DNA of 64,000 nt. Origin: a virus. Each line of letters starts with the position of its first letter. Position 1 is the stretch's first letter. The notes below the pieces were generated by a model. The model made no database searches, was not told the origin of the DNA, and saw nothing but the letters and a program-made list of their open reading frames with translations. The DNA is taken from IMG/VR virus record IMGVR_UViG_3300033149_003801, positions 1 through 64,000 of that record. One strand, given 5' to 3'. Of the stretch, positions 46,736 through 56,746 are shown piece by piece. The position numbers and the translations under genes were made by a program.

Positions 46736-47818
46736 CTAATATTCCGGTTCACAACGACCAATGCGCATATTCAAGGAGCATATTCTATCCCACCAGTATA
46801 TCGAAGGATTACGGGAAAACATTTCTTTCTGCCACAGCCTGTCTCCTGCTCTAGGAGCGCAAAAAGCATGAATGGTGTCCAAAAAGAATTCTCGCTTGAC
46901 ACAATAACAATTACACACTCTGTGGCCGTTTCCATGATCAAACTCATTTATATTCCAGTATTTCGGAGTTGGTACAACTTCCGTAACCCTCCATACCTTA
47001 AAAATGATAACGTCTGGTTGTCCCTTGAAAAAGTAAATGCTCTTTATTCCTGAAAGAAAATCTACTTTACATAAAGCATCATCATCGTCCAAAATCATAA
47101 CATACTCGCCACGAATCTGGTTAATGATTTTCTTGAAGGAACAGTTTGCTGCTTCCAACCCTATTCCATCGTCATCAACGATTAAAATGTGCTCATAATC
47201 CATATCTCCTTGCGCCTTAATTGATGCAATATTATACGCCAATTGACGTGGTCTACGGTACGTTCGCGTGATGAACGAGAGAAAAGGCTTTGGCTCCGCT
47301 GGTCCACCAGGCAATCTAAATATTTTTATTTGTCCCGTTGACGGCTGTTCAGAAAGATTCCCCTGTTGCCGAATAAAGTTGATGGCACTCTCGTACGCTA
47401 TGGAATGTGCCCTTACAATGATTTCCCCTCCAGGAAGCATCTGGTCAATCCACCAGGAGAGCTCCTTTGTTTGTGGCGGATTTTCGGACTCTCCGAAGAA
47501 CACGATGTTAGGATGAATATCTAGTACTTTATCTATTTCTCCTGGTGAGCACTGTATATGTACTGTAGCAGGAGAAGGAGTGACCCAGAATTTTTGCTTT
47601 CCAATTCCTAGTATTGTAGCCTCCGGGCATCCTGCTCGCAGTGCGTACAGAGATTCTCCGCGCTCTACTCCAACAGAGACAAATACGGGTAGCTCACGAG
47701 TGGGCCACACCCGTATAGACAGCGCATGATCTCTGATGCAAACCCTCTCATGTGTAGGAATTACCCCAGGAGCTTCTCGGAAGTCCGAAGTAGGGGCGAG
47801 ATCTGTTCCATAAACCAC
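46736..47818 (-). CDS. bifunctional methyltransferase-like / GT2 glycosyltransferase
   Basis: N-half VSVGVERGESLYALRAGCPEATILGIG...LPGGEIIV. C-half FITRTYRRPRQL...ILIVDDDG...ILDDDDAL. Confidence 0.7.
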   Translation of the reverse strand: MVYGTDLAPTSDFREAPGVIPTHERVCIRDHALSIRVWPTRELPVFVSVGVERGESLYALRAGCPEATILGIGKQKFWVTPSPATVHIQCSPGEIDKVLDIHPNIVFFGESENPPQTKELSWWIDQMLPGGEIIVRAHSIAYESAINFIRQQGNLSEQPSTGQIKIFRLPGGPAEPKPFLSFITRTYRRPRQLAYNIASIKAQGDMDYEHILIVDDDGIGLEAANCSFKKIINQIRGEYVMILDDDDALCKVDFLSGIKSIYFFKGQPDVIIFKVWRVTEVVPTPKYWNINEFDHGNGHRVCNCYCVKREFFLDTIHAFCAPRAGDRLWQKEMFSRNPSIYWWDRICSLNMRIGRCEPEY

Positions 47819-48519
47819 TGAAATGATCCTTTATCTATGTTTCCTTGAAAGCTAATATTTCTATAATTTAACACAGGCTGCGTTACACCCAGGAATTCTC
47901 CGATTTCTTTGCTCGCAATGCGAACTCTTGTCGATCCTTCGATTTCGGTTTGCCAAGGATCCTCTCCATGTTTAAGAAATCGGCGAAAGATCGCAGTTGT
48001 CCACATAGACGCCTGCTGTGAAAAGCTATATGGAGCGGTTTTATCAATATAACAGAAACGACTGTCATCAATGAATTGTTTTCCTTCAGGAGTGAATATT
48101 GCTGACAGCCTTATCATGTCGATCTCTGGAGAATTGATCAATTCCTGAGCCTTAGCAACTATCTTCTCATTTACATAATTTAGATAATAATCGTCTAGCC
48201 AAAGAAGAAGGTGTTCATCTGAGTATTCACTATCTAGGAAGTTAATGAGATTTGTTGCATAGTGCTTATCCTCTCCAAAATAGTAAACCTTGATTCCTTC
48301 TATGGGAATCTCCTTTTTTCCTGTCAGCACAACGATTTCGTAGGGACAACGTGGCCAGAACTTACGAACACAAAAGATGTTTCCAGGAATGAAATGACTA
48401 TATTTATCACAAGTTGGAATGATGATCTTCACTGCCCAGTACCCTCCTGATCCTTGCCGCTGGGGGCACATTCTATGTGCCCCCAGCCTCCCAACAAAAC
48501 TGTACAATGGGGGATTCAA
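47761..48519 (-). CDS. hypothetical protein of the glycosylation cassette (start probably GTG at 48432)
   Basis: KIIIPTCDKY... begins after the hairpin and CAGGAGGG. The upstream part of the ORF runs through the stem-loop. Confidence 0.5.
   Translation of the reverse strand: MNPPLYSFVGRLGAHRMCPQRQGSGGYWAVKIIIPTCDKYSHFIPGNIFCVRKFWPRCPYEIVVLTGKKEIPIEGIKVYYFGEDKHYATNLINFLDSEYSDEHLLLWLDDYYLNYVNEKIVAKAQELINSPEIDMIRLSAIFTPEGKQFIDDSRFCYIDKTAPYSFSQQASMWTTAIFRRFLKHGEDPWQTEIEGSTRVRIASKEIGEFLGVTQPVLNYRNISFQGNIDKGSFQWFMEQISPLLRTSEKLLG
48470..48496 (-). promoter_or_regulatory. perfect 12-bp stem-loop immediately after the major capsid gene
   Basis: CTGGGGGCACAT aga ATGTGCCCCCAG (- strand). No U-tract. 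Confidence 0.5.
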
Positions 48520-49971
48520 CTATTGCTGGTTCCACTCACTGTAAAAGTCTGGCGGAGTATCATACTCCTCCGTACCACCCTTCTTGAAGTAAGGACTATC
48601 AGGATTCCAGCTGCGAAGATGCTGCAACGGACTGTATTTCACGTTCTGGATCCGCCCAGCTAGATGTGGAGTACGAAGGACAACTCGTGGTTCCAATTTC
48701 CCTTGGAATTTGAAACAATAGTTGAGATCCTGCATCGTCCACATGTATCGCCCACCATCCGTCACCCAGAAGCGTCCTTTACTCTGAAGCATTGAAGTAA
48801 GATCAGCCATCGCTCGGCTATAATCTAAGTATTCCCAATAAAGGACTGGCATTCCCTTAGCGCGAATCGGAAGGAAGTAGATATCCGAAGAGAACTCTCC
48901 AGGGACTAGCCTAGCAGACGTTGCCGCATTGTTTTCATAGATTCCATCATCTGTAACGACAGGAATCTGACGACCATTCACTGTGAGGAAGTTCCCATTA
49001 CGCATCTCGTCACGCATTCTAACGTTCGTGTCATCATTGAGCACAGCAACCTGGGTGCTTGCAATGTCTGAGCATCTGTGTGTTAGGTATCTACAGGGCC
49101 AGACCGCAGTAAGTTCAAAGAACAACTCCGGCCTCATTGCAATAACCCACTCTGTTGGGTCTAAGCCAGCGCGTGAAGCAACGTGACGAAGATAGAATTC
49201 CATCATACTGACATATTCAACGATATCATAGACTGCACTATCAACTGGTTCATAGTTGAAATCCTTGACATCGCTATCCAAAGCTGCACAAGCTACGCCA
49301 GTAAAAGCATCTACCTTCCCTGTGGATATTAGAATATCTAGTCCAGGAAATTCTCTGTATCCACCACCAGTGCTGTTGTTCGCTGGATCCCCAGTCCATA
49401 CCGTGGGAGTTAGCCAGCGTTGAAACTCAATTCCGATAATTACCATTTGAGTTTGAATAACGCTCCGAAGCCACTGACCGCTCTGATTTGCTTCAGAAGT
49501 CAACAGCTGATGACCCTCTCCAATTACATCACCAAGCAACCTAAGCTCTGTGTTTAGATTGCCATTCAAGATCTGCATCAGCTGATTGATCTCCATCTCT
49601 TGACTACCACGAGCGACGCGACCAAACTGAGCTGTTTGATGGCATATCTCGATCACCCCACCAGGAGCGTCATCACAGACTCCATCGACCTCATCATCCC
49701 CATCAGACTCGAAACCCGTTAGGAAGGGATACACGGGGTTCGTATATACCGTCCCAACTGCAGGTATGAGCCCGCTGATTCCCTTAGGACTTAGTGAAGC
49801 GTTGACAACGACATCATCTAATCCAAAGTTGGAAAAGATTCCATTTGGACCAAAGATTAACTGAGCATTAGGCGTACCAGAGATAGCCTTTTGCTGCCCT
49901 TTTTGCATTTTGGTCAGCATCTGGAGAGTTTCTGCAATCGACGCCAATGCCTGATCTACCTTGCTATCCAT
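48520..49971 (-). CDS. major capsid protein
   Basis: 483-aa ORF directly after the protease/scaffold gene. Followed by an attenuator-like hairpin. Confidence 0.75.
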   Translation of the reverse strand: MDSKVDQALASIAETLQMLTKMQKGQQKAISGTPNAQLIFGPNGIFSNFGLDDVVVNASLSPKGISGLIPAVGTVYTNPVYPFLTGFESDGDDEVDGVCDDAPGGVIEICHQTAQFGRVARGSQEMEINQLMQILNGNLNTELRLLGDVIGEGHQLLTSEANQSGQWLRSVIQTQMVIIGIEFQRWLTPTVWTGDPANNSTGGGYREFPGLDILISTGKVDAFTGVACAALDSDVKDFNYEPVDSAVYDIVEYVSMMEFYLRHVASRAGLDPTEWVIAMRPELFFELTAVWPCRYLTHRCSDIASTQVAVLNDDTNVRMRDEMRNGNFLTVNGRQIPVVTDDGIYENNAATSARLVPGEFSSDIYFLPIRAKGMPVLYWEYLDYSRAMADLTSMLQSKGRFWVTDGGRYMWTMQDLNYCFKFQGKLEPRVVLRTPHLAGRIQNVKYSPLQHLRSWNPDSPYFKKGGTEEYDTPPDFYSEWNQQ

Positions 49972-52234
49972 CGACCATACCTCCTACGGTTCTATCCATC
50001 GCGGCAGATACCATACTACTTAGTATTTGTGCCCCTTTGGACATAGCCATCTTGTCTATTACTGGCTCTGCATCAGGGTCTACATTATCCAAAGATACTG
50101 ACGGCCTAAATGCAGAGACTCTGGTTGAATTTCGCTCCTGAATCAAACTTCGCTCCAGTCCGCCAACACACTCTGTTAGCTCCTTGACTAGATCTACCAA
50201 AACGGCCTGCTCATTTGATGCAGCAGCCTCTGGAGTATCCTCTGCAGTCTTCTCTGACTGCAACAAAGCCTTCACCTGCTGTTTAAGCGCACATTCCGGC
50301 ATCTCCTCAAGAGATGCTGATAGCCGCCGAGAAAATTCCTCCTCAACGTCTATTGTGTCATCTACGCTTTCCTGGAGCTTTGCCGTAGCTTTGTTAATTA
50401 CAGCAAGCGCTTCAGGATCGTCCTTAAGCGTCTCAGAAAGATTACTCAAATCCTCAACAATCTTGGAAGTATCCGTAGCCTTTATGACTGCTCCAGGATC
50501 TGAAGTAGCTTTCTCATTTAACTCATCTACTTTTTCAATTAGTCTATTTGCAAGCTCATCACCAACTATCTTGCGAAGAGCCGCAGCTTTAACACTATTC
50601 ATTCTGGCATCTCCTTGTGTATGAATACCTGTAAAACCATTAGCTGCCCATTCTATTGGAAGCAAAGAGCGTTCAACAATATTTATATCATTATACACCA
50701 CTTGGACGGTTTGTCCATTGATAATTGCATCCTTTTCAATACCCTCTTCACTAAGAATGAACCCAATGCTCAAACCAATTTCCTCTGGGTGCCTCTCTGC
50801 ATATTTCCTAACAGCCGTGCCAATCTCGTCACTTCTCCACAAACCAGACTCGATTAGGCAAACCCCATCGTGCACGGCAAAATCACATGTTCCCAAAGGA
50901 ATGTCCTCATGCCAAAAGAGAAGGGGACCACGGTCCTTCCGTCCATCCTCTGCAGACTTCTGAAGAGCAACCGTAGATACAATTTCATGCTCACAATCCA
51001 TAAAAGCAGTAGAAGAAATGCCTACCCAACGGTATTCTCCGCTCTTCTGCTTAAATGTAAGAAAAGCCGAACCCTTCAGAACTATTGTATCTAGGATGGC
51101 GGCAAGTATATCTTGATCTATTACCTCGTCTTTCTGTTTTCCAAGGCGATTAGCAAACTCTGATAGAACATCTCGAAAGCGTTCCAATAGTCCCTTATCT
51201 GAAGCATTTGGCTTGCGCAACATATACGCACCGCATTTTGGACAGGTACGATCTGCACAGGGCTCTCCACGTGTATGAGGAGCTTCATAGCCGCATTCAG
51301 GACAATAACAAATACCATCAGCATCCTCAAGAGGAGCATAGGCAGACTTTTCCCCTTTCTGGGCTTCTTCCAGCAGCCTTTCTGCCTTTGCTCGTAGAGT
51401 CTTGCGTAAAGACGCTGTAAGCCATCCATCCTCACCTGTACCAGTACCGGGTTGACCCAGACGACTGAGAGCATTTCTTACGTGAGGTAAATCTACCTTT
51501 CCATTTTTGTCCTTGACTGGAAGATGACGTAGCGTTCTGGGAACGGTCTTTCCCTCGTCATCTTTCTCCCCTCCAGGCTCTATATAAAGAAAGCTGCTGT
51601 CTGGAAGATCATTAACGTATGCCGCAGTCCAGGTGTCTTTAATGATCAAATATCCATCAAGAGCAGCTCTTTGCAATAAACCTTCCAAGTCTTTCACGAG
51701 ATTACTAACAGAATCATTAATCAAAGGTTGAGTGGTCATAGTTTCCTCCTGTCCCTCCCCTTGCGTTTTTGTGACTCCAAGGATATAGTCTGTAATCCGA
51801 GCTATTCTGTCATTTATGCTATGTCCATCCCACTCTCCACTATACGGAGAGACATATCCAAGTGGAACGGTTACTGGCCAAGAAACCTGACCGTAACCAG
51901 GAAGGTCAATGAAAATATGTCCACCCCGCGTTGAGTGGTCTTTAGCAATTCCAGTTTCTAGCCCTAACTTCCAAGCAAAGAGAGAGGCTAATTGCACAAC
52001 GCGATCTAATTCCGCCTGAGTCTCCCGTAGAGCTAACACAGGATCTTCAGGGGTAGTTAGACGGTCATTCCATTCCTTTCGCCGAGCAGCCTCAGAAGCT
52101 TCTATCGCAGCAATTTGCGCATTAGCTTCTGCCTCGGTATCGTGGCAACCCAGGCTACGCCCTGTTGGTTTGCCATCTTCACCTCTTCTGAAAACACATA
52201 TTTGGTCGTCTACAGTTACCTTCATATATGGCAT
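49964..52234 (-). CDS. prohead protease (S78/HK97-like) fused to N-terminal extension, zinc ribbon and C-terminal scaffold-like region
   Basis: CYCPECG...CPKCG; YRWVGISSTAFMDCEHEIVS...LLFWHEDIPLG...GLSIGF; acidic coiled-coil C-terminus. Confidence 0.7.
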   Translation of the reverse strand: MPYMKVTVDDQICVFRRGEDGKPTGRSLGCHDTEAEANAQIAAIEASEAARRKEWNDRLTTPEDPVLALRETQAELDRVVQLASLFAWKLGLETGIAKDHSTRGGHIFIDLPGYGQVSWPVTVPLGYVSPYSGEWDGHSINDRIARITDYILGVTKTQGEGQEETMTTQPLINDSVSNLVKDLEGLLQRAALDGYLIIKDTWTAAYVNDLPDSSFLYIEPGGEKDDEGKTVPRTLRHLPVKDKNGKVDLPHVRNALSRLGQPGTGTGEDGWLTASLRKTLRAKAERLLEEAQKGEKSAYAPLEDADGICYCPECGYEAPHTRGEPCADRTCPKCGAYMLRKPNASDKGLLERFRDVLSEFANRLGKQKDEVIDQDILAAILDTIVLKGSAFLTFKQKSGEYRWVGISSTAFMDCEHEIVSTVALQKSAEDGRKDRGPLLFWHEDIPLGTCDFAVHDGVCLIESGLWRSDEIGTAVRKYAERHPEEIGLSIGFILSEEGIEKDAIINGQTVQVVYNDINIVERSLLPIEWAANGFTGIHTQGDARMNSVKAAALRKIVGDELANRLIEKVDELNEKATSDPGAVIKATDTSKIVEDLSNLSETLKDDPEALAVINKATAKLQESVDDTIDVEEEFSRRLSASLEEMPECALKQQVKALLQSEKTAEDTPEAAASNEQAVLVDLVKELTECVGGLERSLIQERNSTRVSAFRPSVSLDNVDPDAEPVIDKMAMSKGAQILSSMVSAAMDRTVGGMVDG

Positions 52235-52908
52235 TATTTTATCGCCCCTCCCTTGCGGAGGCCAGTCTTGACGATACTTCCAATCTCCGCAGCCATTATT
52301 CCAGTCATATAATCAGCGATTGTTACAGAAAATTCACGTGGCTCTATGCTCTGAATTACCTCAGGACGAGAATACCACCGATCCCCTCTGTGACCTAATC
52401 CAGAAGTAATTCCTCCCGGAGTGGTCTTGGCAGTAAAATACCCTCGAAAACGTAGCATAGGTGCTCCAGACTGAGCTACGTATAGCGTTCCGTGAACTGT
52501 GTTAACCTTTTTTGTTCTAGTACCTTTTGGAGTTATTCTATGCGGCTTAGTACCGCGATCTACTAGAGCATATATCTCTCCAGGAGATAGCTTACCTTTA
52601 CGTGACGCTCCTCTCTTTACGACAACAGCTATAGACAGATTTCCAAATTTATCAAGGCGAGGACTGAGTTTCTCAATCTCTGGTTTTACACTCCATGTGC
52701 GGACCGTTTCACCATACAGATCTTTTGCTTCAGTCGCCTTGCGTCTAAGCCAGTTAAGGGTCTCAAGACGAACAAACTTCAGTGACCAAACCTTGGGGAA
52801 AACTGGAATAATTCTAGGAAGTAGTGAAGTTTGCGCACCTCCTTCCAGACCAAACCGTGCGTAAGACATTTTTGGACGGATCTCTAAGTCCCAAGGGTCA
52901 TCTGCCAT
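52234..52908 (-). CDS. hypothetical head-module protein
   Basis: 224-aa ORF between portal and protease. Confidence 0.55.
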   Translation of the reverse strand: MADDPWDLEIRPKMSYARFGLEGGAQTSLLPRIIPVFPKVWSLKFVRLETLNWLRRKATEAKDLYGETVRTWSVKPEIEKLSPRLDKFGNLSIAVVVKRGASRKGKLSPGEIYALVDRGTKPHRITPKGTRTKKVNTVHGTLYVAQSGAPMLRFRGYFTAKTTPGGITSGLGHRGDRWYSRPEVIQSIEPREFSVTIADYMTGIMAAEIGSIVKTGLRKGGAIK

Positions 52909-54262
52909 TTTTCATCCTTACTAGCTGCTTTTCTACGCGCTCAGCGGCTTCTTTAGTATCCATGATAGAACGAACAATGCGAACTATCTCTTCTTCCTCA
53001 TCTGTCTCGACTTCGACCTGCTCTGCCATCTCCTGCAGAAACGACTCTGGAGCATCTCCTTCAGCTACAGCTAACTTTAGCGCCTGTATTGGAGTCAACT
53101 CACCAGACGTGACCCGTAGTGCCCTCTCTCTCGCGCGTGCGTGAGCGAGCTCGACACGCTCCCGCTCAGCTGCAGGGTCTGTTGATGTAAACTGAAACTC
53201 GACAGTTTTTGGAAGGACATAGAAATTCATAGCATACTCAAACTGCTGAATGATGGCTCCAGGTCCTTTACCCCTAGATTTCGCAGACATCGACTCCACC
53301 TGTGAGGCAGTGCCTAAGTTCCCCCCTGGCAGTGGAGCAAACTCTGAATAATCAGTCCCAAATCCTATCGCCATCGTTGTAATATACCATTTATACAAGT
53401 CATCCTCATTATAACCATCTGGAAGTCCTGCGAGCTCGATAAGCTGCGCTTCCAACCTCTGCCCTGGATCGTTTCCAGAGATAACCACAGGGCCAGTATA
53501 GATCGTTCGACCCTGCGTCTGGATCTCTCTTTCAGAAGACATTTGAATAGCTTCCTCGATGGCACCATGACGAATTCCCTGAACGAACAAAACCGCAGGG
53601 ATACGTTTTCCAGAAAGCTTCTGTCGCTTATATAGCCCGATGTCCCGAATGATCTGTGCTGCACGAAGGACACGTGAAACAGCGCAAAAACCCCAATTTT
53701 TGTTTTCCTCGCGTGCAGAAGGCAAATCAACCATAGGAACTACTTCATACCAACGCAGTCTATGTATTCTTCCGGAGGAATCTTCGTAATTTACCGGCTG
53801 TTCAGGATTCCCAGTCTGCTCACATCGCTGAGAATCCAAATGGGCAATTCCAGACGCTGCAGATGCAGGACTAGCCCTTGAGGGACGCAAAATCTCAATA
53901 TATCCCCCATTGTCTTGTGTTAAGATGTCAAGAACGACCTTAGATATGAAAGTAAGCCAACCGTTGCCTAAATCAGCGCTTTGCAAAATTGTGTAATACC
54001 GATTGACAGCCTTCCTTGGACCACGCAACTTAAAATCTAGTGCCTTAAGTTTAGAACACATAGAATATATTGCCCCAGAAAGCATGGACTCCTGACGCCA
54101 AAAATTATCAAGAACGATATCTCTTGCTTTTCCAGGCCACGGAGGAATACCATCTGCCAAGTTTGCCATAAAGAAAACAAGAGGAGCTTCATGGGCCAAT
54201 GAAGTCTCCGCCCTATCCTGGACGGAAAGCTTAAGCTGTCTTTTAGGATCAGCTCCGGGCAT
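52898..54262 (-). CDS. portal protein
   Basis: 454 aa. Overlaps the terL stop. Acidic C-terminus. Canonical position. Confidence 0.8.
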   Translation of the reverse strand: MPGADPKRQLKLSVQDRAETSLAHEAPLVFFMANLADGIPPWPGKARDIVLDNFWRQESMLSGAIYSMCSKLKALDFKLRGPRKAVNRYYTILQSADLGNGWLTFISKVVLDILTQDNGGYIEILRPSRASPASAASGIAHLDSQRCEQTGNPEQPVNYEDSSGRIHRLRWYEVVPMVDLPSAREENKNWGFCAVSRVLRAAQIIRDIGLYKRQKLSGKRIPAVLFVQGIRHGAIEEAIQMSSEREIQTQGRTIYTGPVVISGNDPGQRLEAQLIELAGLPDGYNEDDLYKWYITTMAIGFGTDYSEFAPLPGGNLGTASQVESMSAKSRGKGPGAIIQQFEYAMNFYVLPKTVEFQFTSTDPAAERERVELAHARARERALRVTSGELTPIQALKLAVAEGDAPESFLQEMAEQVEVETDEEEEIVRIVRSIMDTKEAAERVEKQLVRMKNGR

Positions 54263-55685
54263 AAAGCCTCAACCTCCGTAACTCTGGATTTTCCTGTAAG
54301 ATCTGCTGGTTCATCTCGTGAACTTCCTGAACAAGGCCGTTCCAATGCTGTACGTACCAATCATGCGCGTCTGCAACAGCTACCTCAGAAGGCTCAGGAA
54401 GAACTATCCTAGACGCTACAGAATACTCATCCTTGCGCCCCCAAATTTCCTCTCGATCTTTCCCCCACAAGCCGTAGCGCAGGCAATCTGCCACATGATC
54501 ATTTTCCTTAATTACCTTTCCTGTAGTAGGATTTCTCGCATAGGAAGGAATCTCCTTACGTGAATATGTACATCGTGGATGAAAACGAACGTGCCCAACA
54601 TTATTTCCATCGCATATCCAAGAGGCGACCCGCTTAATCCCCTCCTCTACATCATGTGTTGCTCGTACAGTGTCTATGTCCTTTCTCCACAACCTAGAGA
54701 TAAACTCTGCTGCAGAGGAATCTACCAAGGCAACAGAGGGCTTTGCATAGCCTTTACTCAAGGCATTGTCAATTGAATCCTCTGCCAGTTCTCCCCTAGC
54801 AACATATTCATCAAAAACGTTAACGTAAGGAGGAATAATCTGGGCAAATAGGATTACTCTGGGATGATGTTCAGTAAACCCGTCATCTACCCACCACTCT
54901 ACAGGCACTCCATGATGATATTCTGCATCTTCCGTTATGTTTCTTCCCCCAACGCGAGAATCGAACATCTCCCAAACGACATCTTCCATCGTAACAAACT
55001 GCCCATGAAGTTCCTGTTGAGCCAGCCTACCAGAATACATACCCATGAGCATCTGATAATGAAAAGGATCTAGGTTATCTTTATTATCCTCTGTAGAAGA
55101 TGTAAAGAACTCTACGATTTTTCCTTTCCATCCCATTTCCTGCATAATCTTATGTGCAGCAGGATCAAATATAGCTCCAGAAAAGAGATCATAGAGCCAA
55201 TGATTCACCCCCGCAGGGGTAGTCGTAATCCAAAGCTGCGGGTTTTTCCCCACACGAATACGCCCAGCCAAGATGTCAAAGGCTTTCCTGGTTCGTTTTC
55301 TCGCTGCCTCGTCGAACCACGCCCAGTTTACATTTGGCCCAGCCCATCCAGATTCCTTCTCAATACCACCGTAGTAGACTACAGAACGAACTCCGTTAAT
55401 CTCAAAGATCAGCTGCTTCTTTTGTGTAAAAGGATGATCAAGATGGGCATTTATACAGTGGCTCATAGGAGCCCACTTCATAAACTCCGGAAAGGTAGAC
55501 TTAGACAATTGCGGAAAATCTGGAGCAACGATAATCCCATCTTCATTCTGTTGTATTTTTTGAATGGCCTTAATAGCTCCAGCAGCAGTCTTCCCTGAGC
55601 CAATACCGGCAATCAAACCTACATAGCGAGCACTACTAAGAAGAAAACGCTCCTGTGCTGGATGTGCTTTGAATATTTTAGGCAT
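54249..55685 (-). CDS. terL: terminase large subunit
   Basis: Walker A GIGSGKTAAG, Walker B AWFDEA, TTTPAG. C-terminal nuclease VDSS...DHVADCLRY. Confidence 0.95.
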   Translation of the reverse strand: MPKIFKAHPAQERFLLSSARYVGLIAGIGSGKTAAGAIKAIQKIQQNEDGIIVAPDFPQLSKSTFPEFMKWAPMSHCINAHLDHPFTQKKQLIFEINGVRSVVYYGGIEKESGWAGPNVNWAWFDEAARKRTRKAFDILAGRIRVGKNPQLWITTTPAGVNHWLYDLFSGAIFDPAAHKIMQEMGWKGKIVEFFTSSTEDNKDNLDPFHYQMLMGMYSGRLAQQELHGQFVTMEDVVWEMFDSRVGGRNITEDAEYHHGVPVEWWVDDGFTEHHPRVILFAQIIPPYVNVFDEYVARGELAEDSIDNALSKGYAKPSVALVDSSAAEFISRLWRKDIDTVRATHDVEEGIKRVASWICDGNNVGHVRFHPRCTYSRKEIPSYARNPTTGKVIKENDHVADCLRYGLWGKDREEIWGRKDEYSVASRIVLPEPSEVAVADAHDWYVQHWNGLVQEVHEMNQQILQENPELRRLRLYARS

Positions 55686-55872
55686 ATTACTGTATAATCG
55701 TTATTCTGTGTCTATAATTGGTCAATGAAATATAGAAGTAGCCTACCTGTCCTTATAATCTGTTTCTCTCCGTCCTTGAAGATAGTCAATTCCTAGCTAA
55801 TAATATTCCCTATCAGAGTTATCCGAAATAAGCCAATAGCGCAGGAGCCAATGACGTCAGCATAGCACTCCC

Positions 55873-56586
55873 TCAATCCGATGAAATGCACTCAACAACT
55901 ACAGAGATCGTTCCATCCGAATATTCCCTATAGATAGATGAACACTTCAGGTCCATCGAAATCATCTTTGTAACAGTTACCGGAGTAGAAATATCCTCCG
56001 TAGGCACAGGGGGAGGGAGGGGAGTTGTCGTAGAGTCGGAGGCTGTAGCATACCAAATTGGGCCGTTTTCATTACTTTCTGAGGAGGCAATAGCATATCC
56101 TACCCCTCCCCCCTCTGCTACAAGGATAACATTCTGCGCTCCATGCAGAGAAAGCGCATAGACACCAATATCTGTAACCTCTATGGAATCAAGTAGTGGG
56201 CCAAACATCGTACTCTGCATAGTCTCCCAAGCGCGATACGTAAGCTTATCCGGCCAACTCCCGTGCAATCTGTAGGCAGAAATAGTTATTGGTTGGTTAT
56301 TCGTTCGCTGAACTATGTGAAATTCTATTCCACCAGCCGGCTCATCAAAAGAAAACAAGACAAAATCACAACCTGGACGAAGCCAAAGTTGTGATGATCT
56401 GTCGTTCTCTTGATCGGGAAACCACGCTCTCACATAGGTATCACGGAGACGGTCGATGTAGGGGCAGCCCACCACTGCCCCTACATCTCCGCCGAGAAGA
56501 AGAAGAAAGGAGAGACATGCGCAGATAATAGTCCATATTCGCTTATGGCGACTCGAAATCTTCATCTGCCATATCCGCCAAAGCAA
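55873..56586 (-). CDS. secreted/membrane-anchored hypothetical protein
   Basis: N-terminal hydrophobic segment IWTIICACLSFLLLLGG. Confidence 0.55.
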   Translation of the reverse strand: MLWRIWQMKISSRHKRIWTIICACLSFLLLLGGDVGAVVGCPYIDRLRDTYVRAWFPDQENDRSSQLWLRPGCDFVLFSFDEPAGGIEFHIVQRTNNQPITISAYRLHGSWPDKLTYRAWETMQSTMFGPLLDSIEVTDIGVYALSLHGAQNVILVAEGGGVGYAIASSESNENGPIWYATASDSTTTPLPPPVPTEDISTPVTVTKMISMDLKCSSIYREYSDGTISVVVECISSD

Positions 56587-56743
56587 GCATGACCGCCTGA
56601 GCTAGGCGATCCCCAAAAGTAGGAAGGTCCTCTTCCTTCATTACTAGCTGATTATACCGTTTGAGTTCCTCGTGACAATGAAACGCAATCCGCTCGACAA
56701 GCCGAAATAACAGACGTACTCCAGCGCGCAATGAAGGGTCCAT
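56543..56743 (-). CDS. hypothetical protein
   Basis: Small ORF in the operon. Confidence 0.4.
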   Translation of the reverse strand: MDPSLRAGVRLLFRLVERIAFHCHEELKRYNQLVMKEEDLPTFGDRLAQAVMLALADMADEDFESP

Positions 56744-56746
56744 AGA

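Noticed and set aside
55693-55759. Three perfect TATAAT hexamers on the + strand (55693, 55713, 55754) upstream of terL
   Set aside because: They face away from terL, into the antisense of ORF 55873..56586. None has a recognisable -35 at 16-18 nt. An AT-rich intergenic region explains them. Antisense transcription is not excluded.
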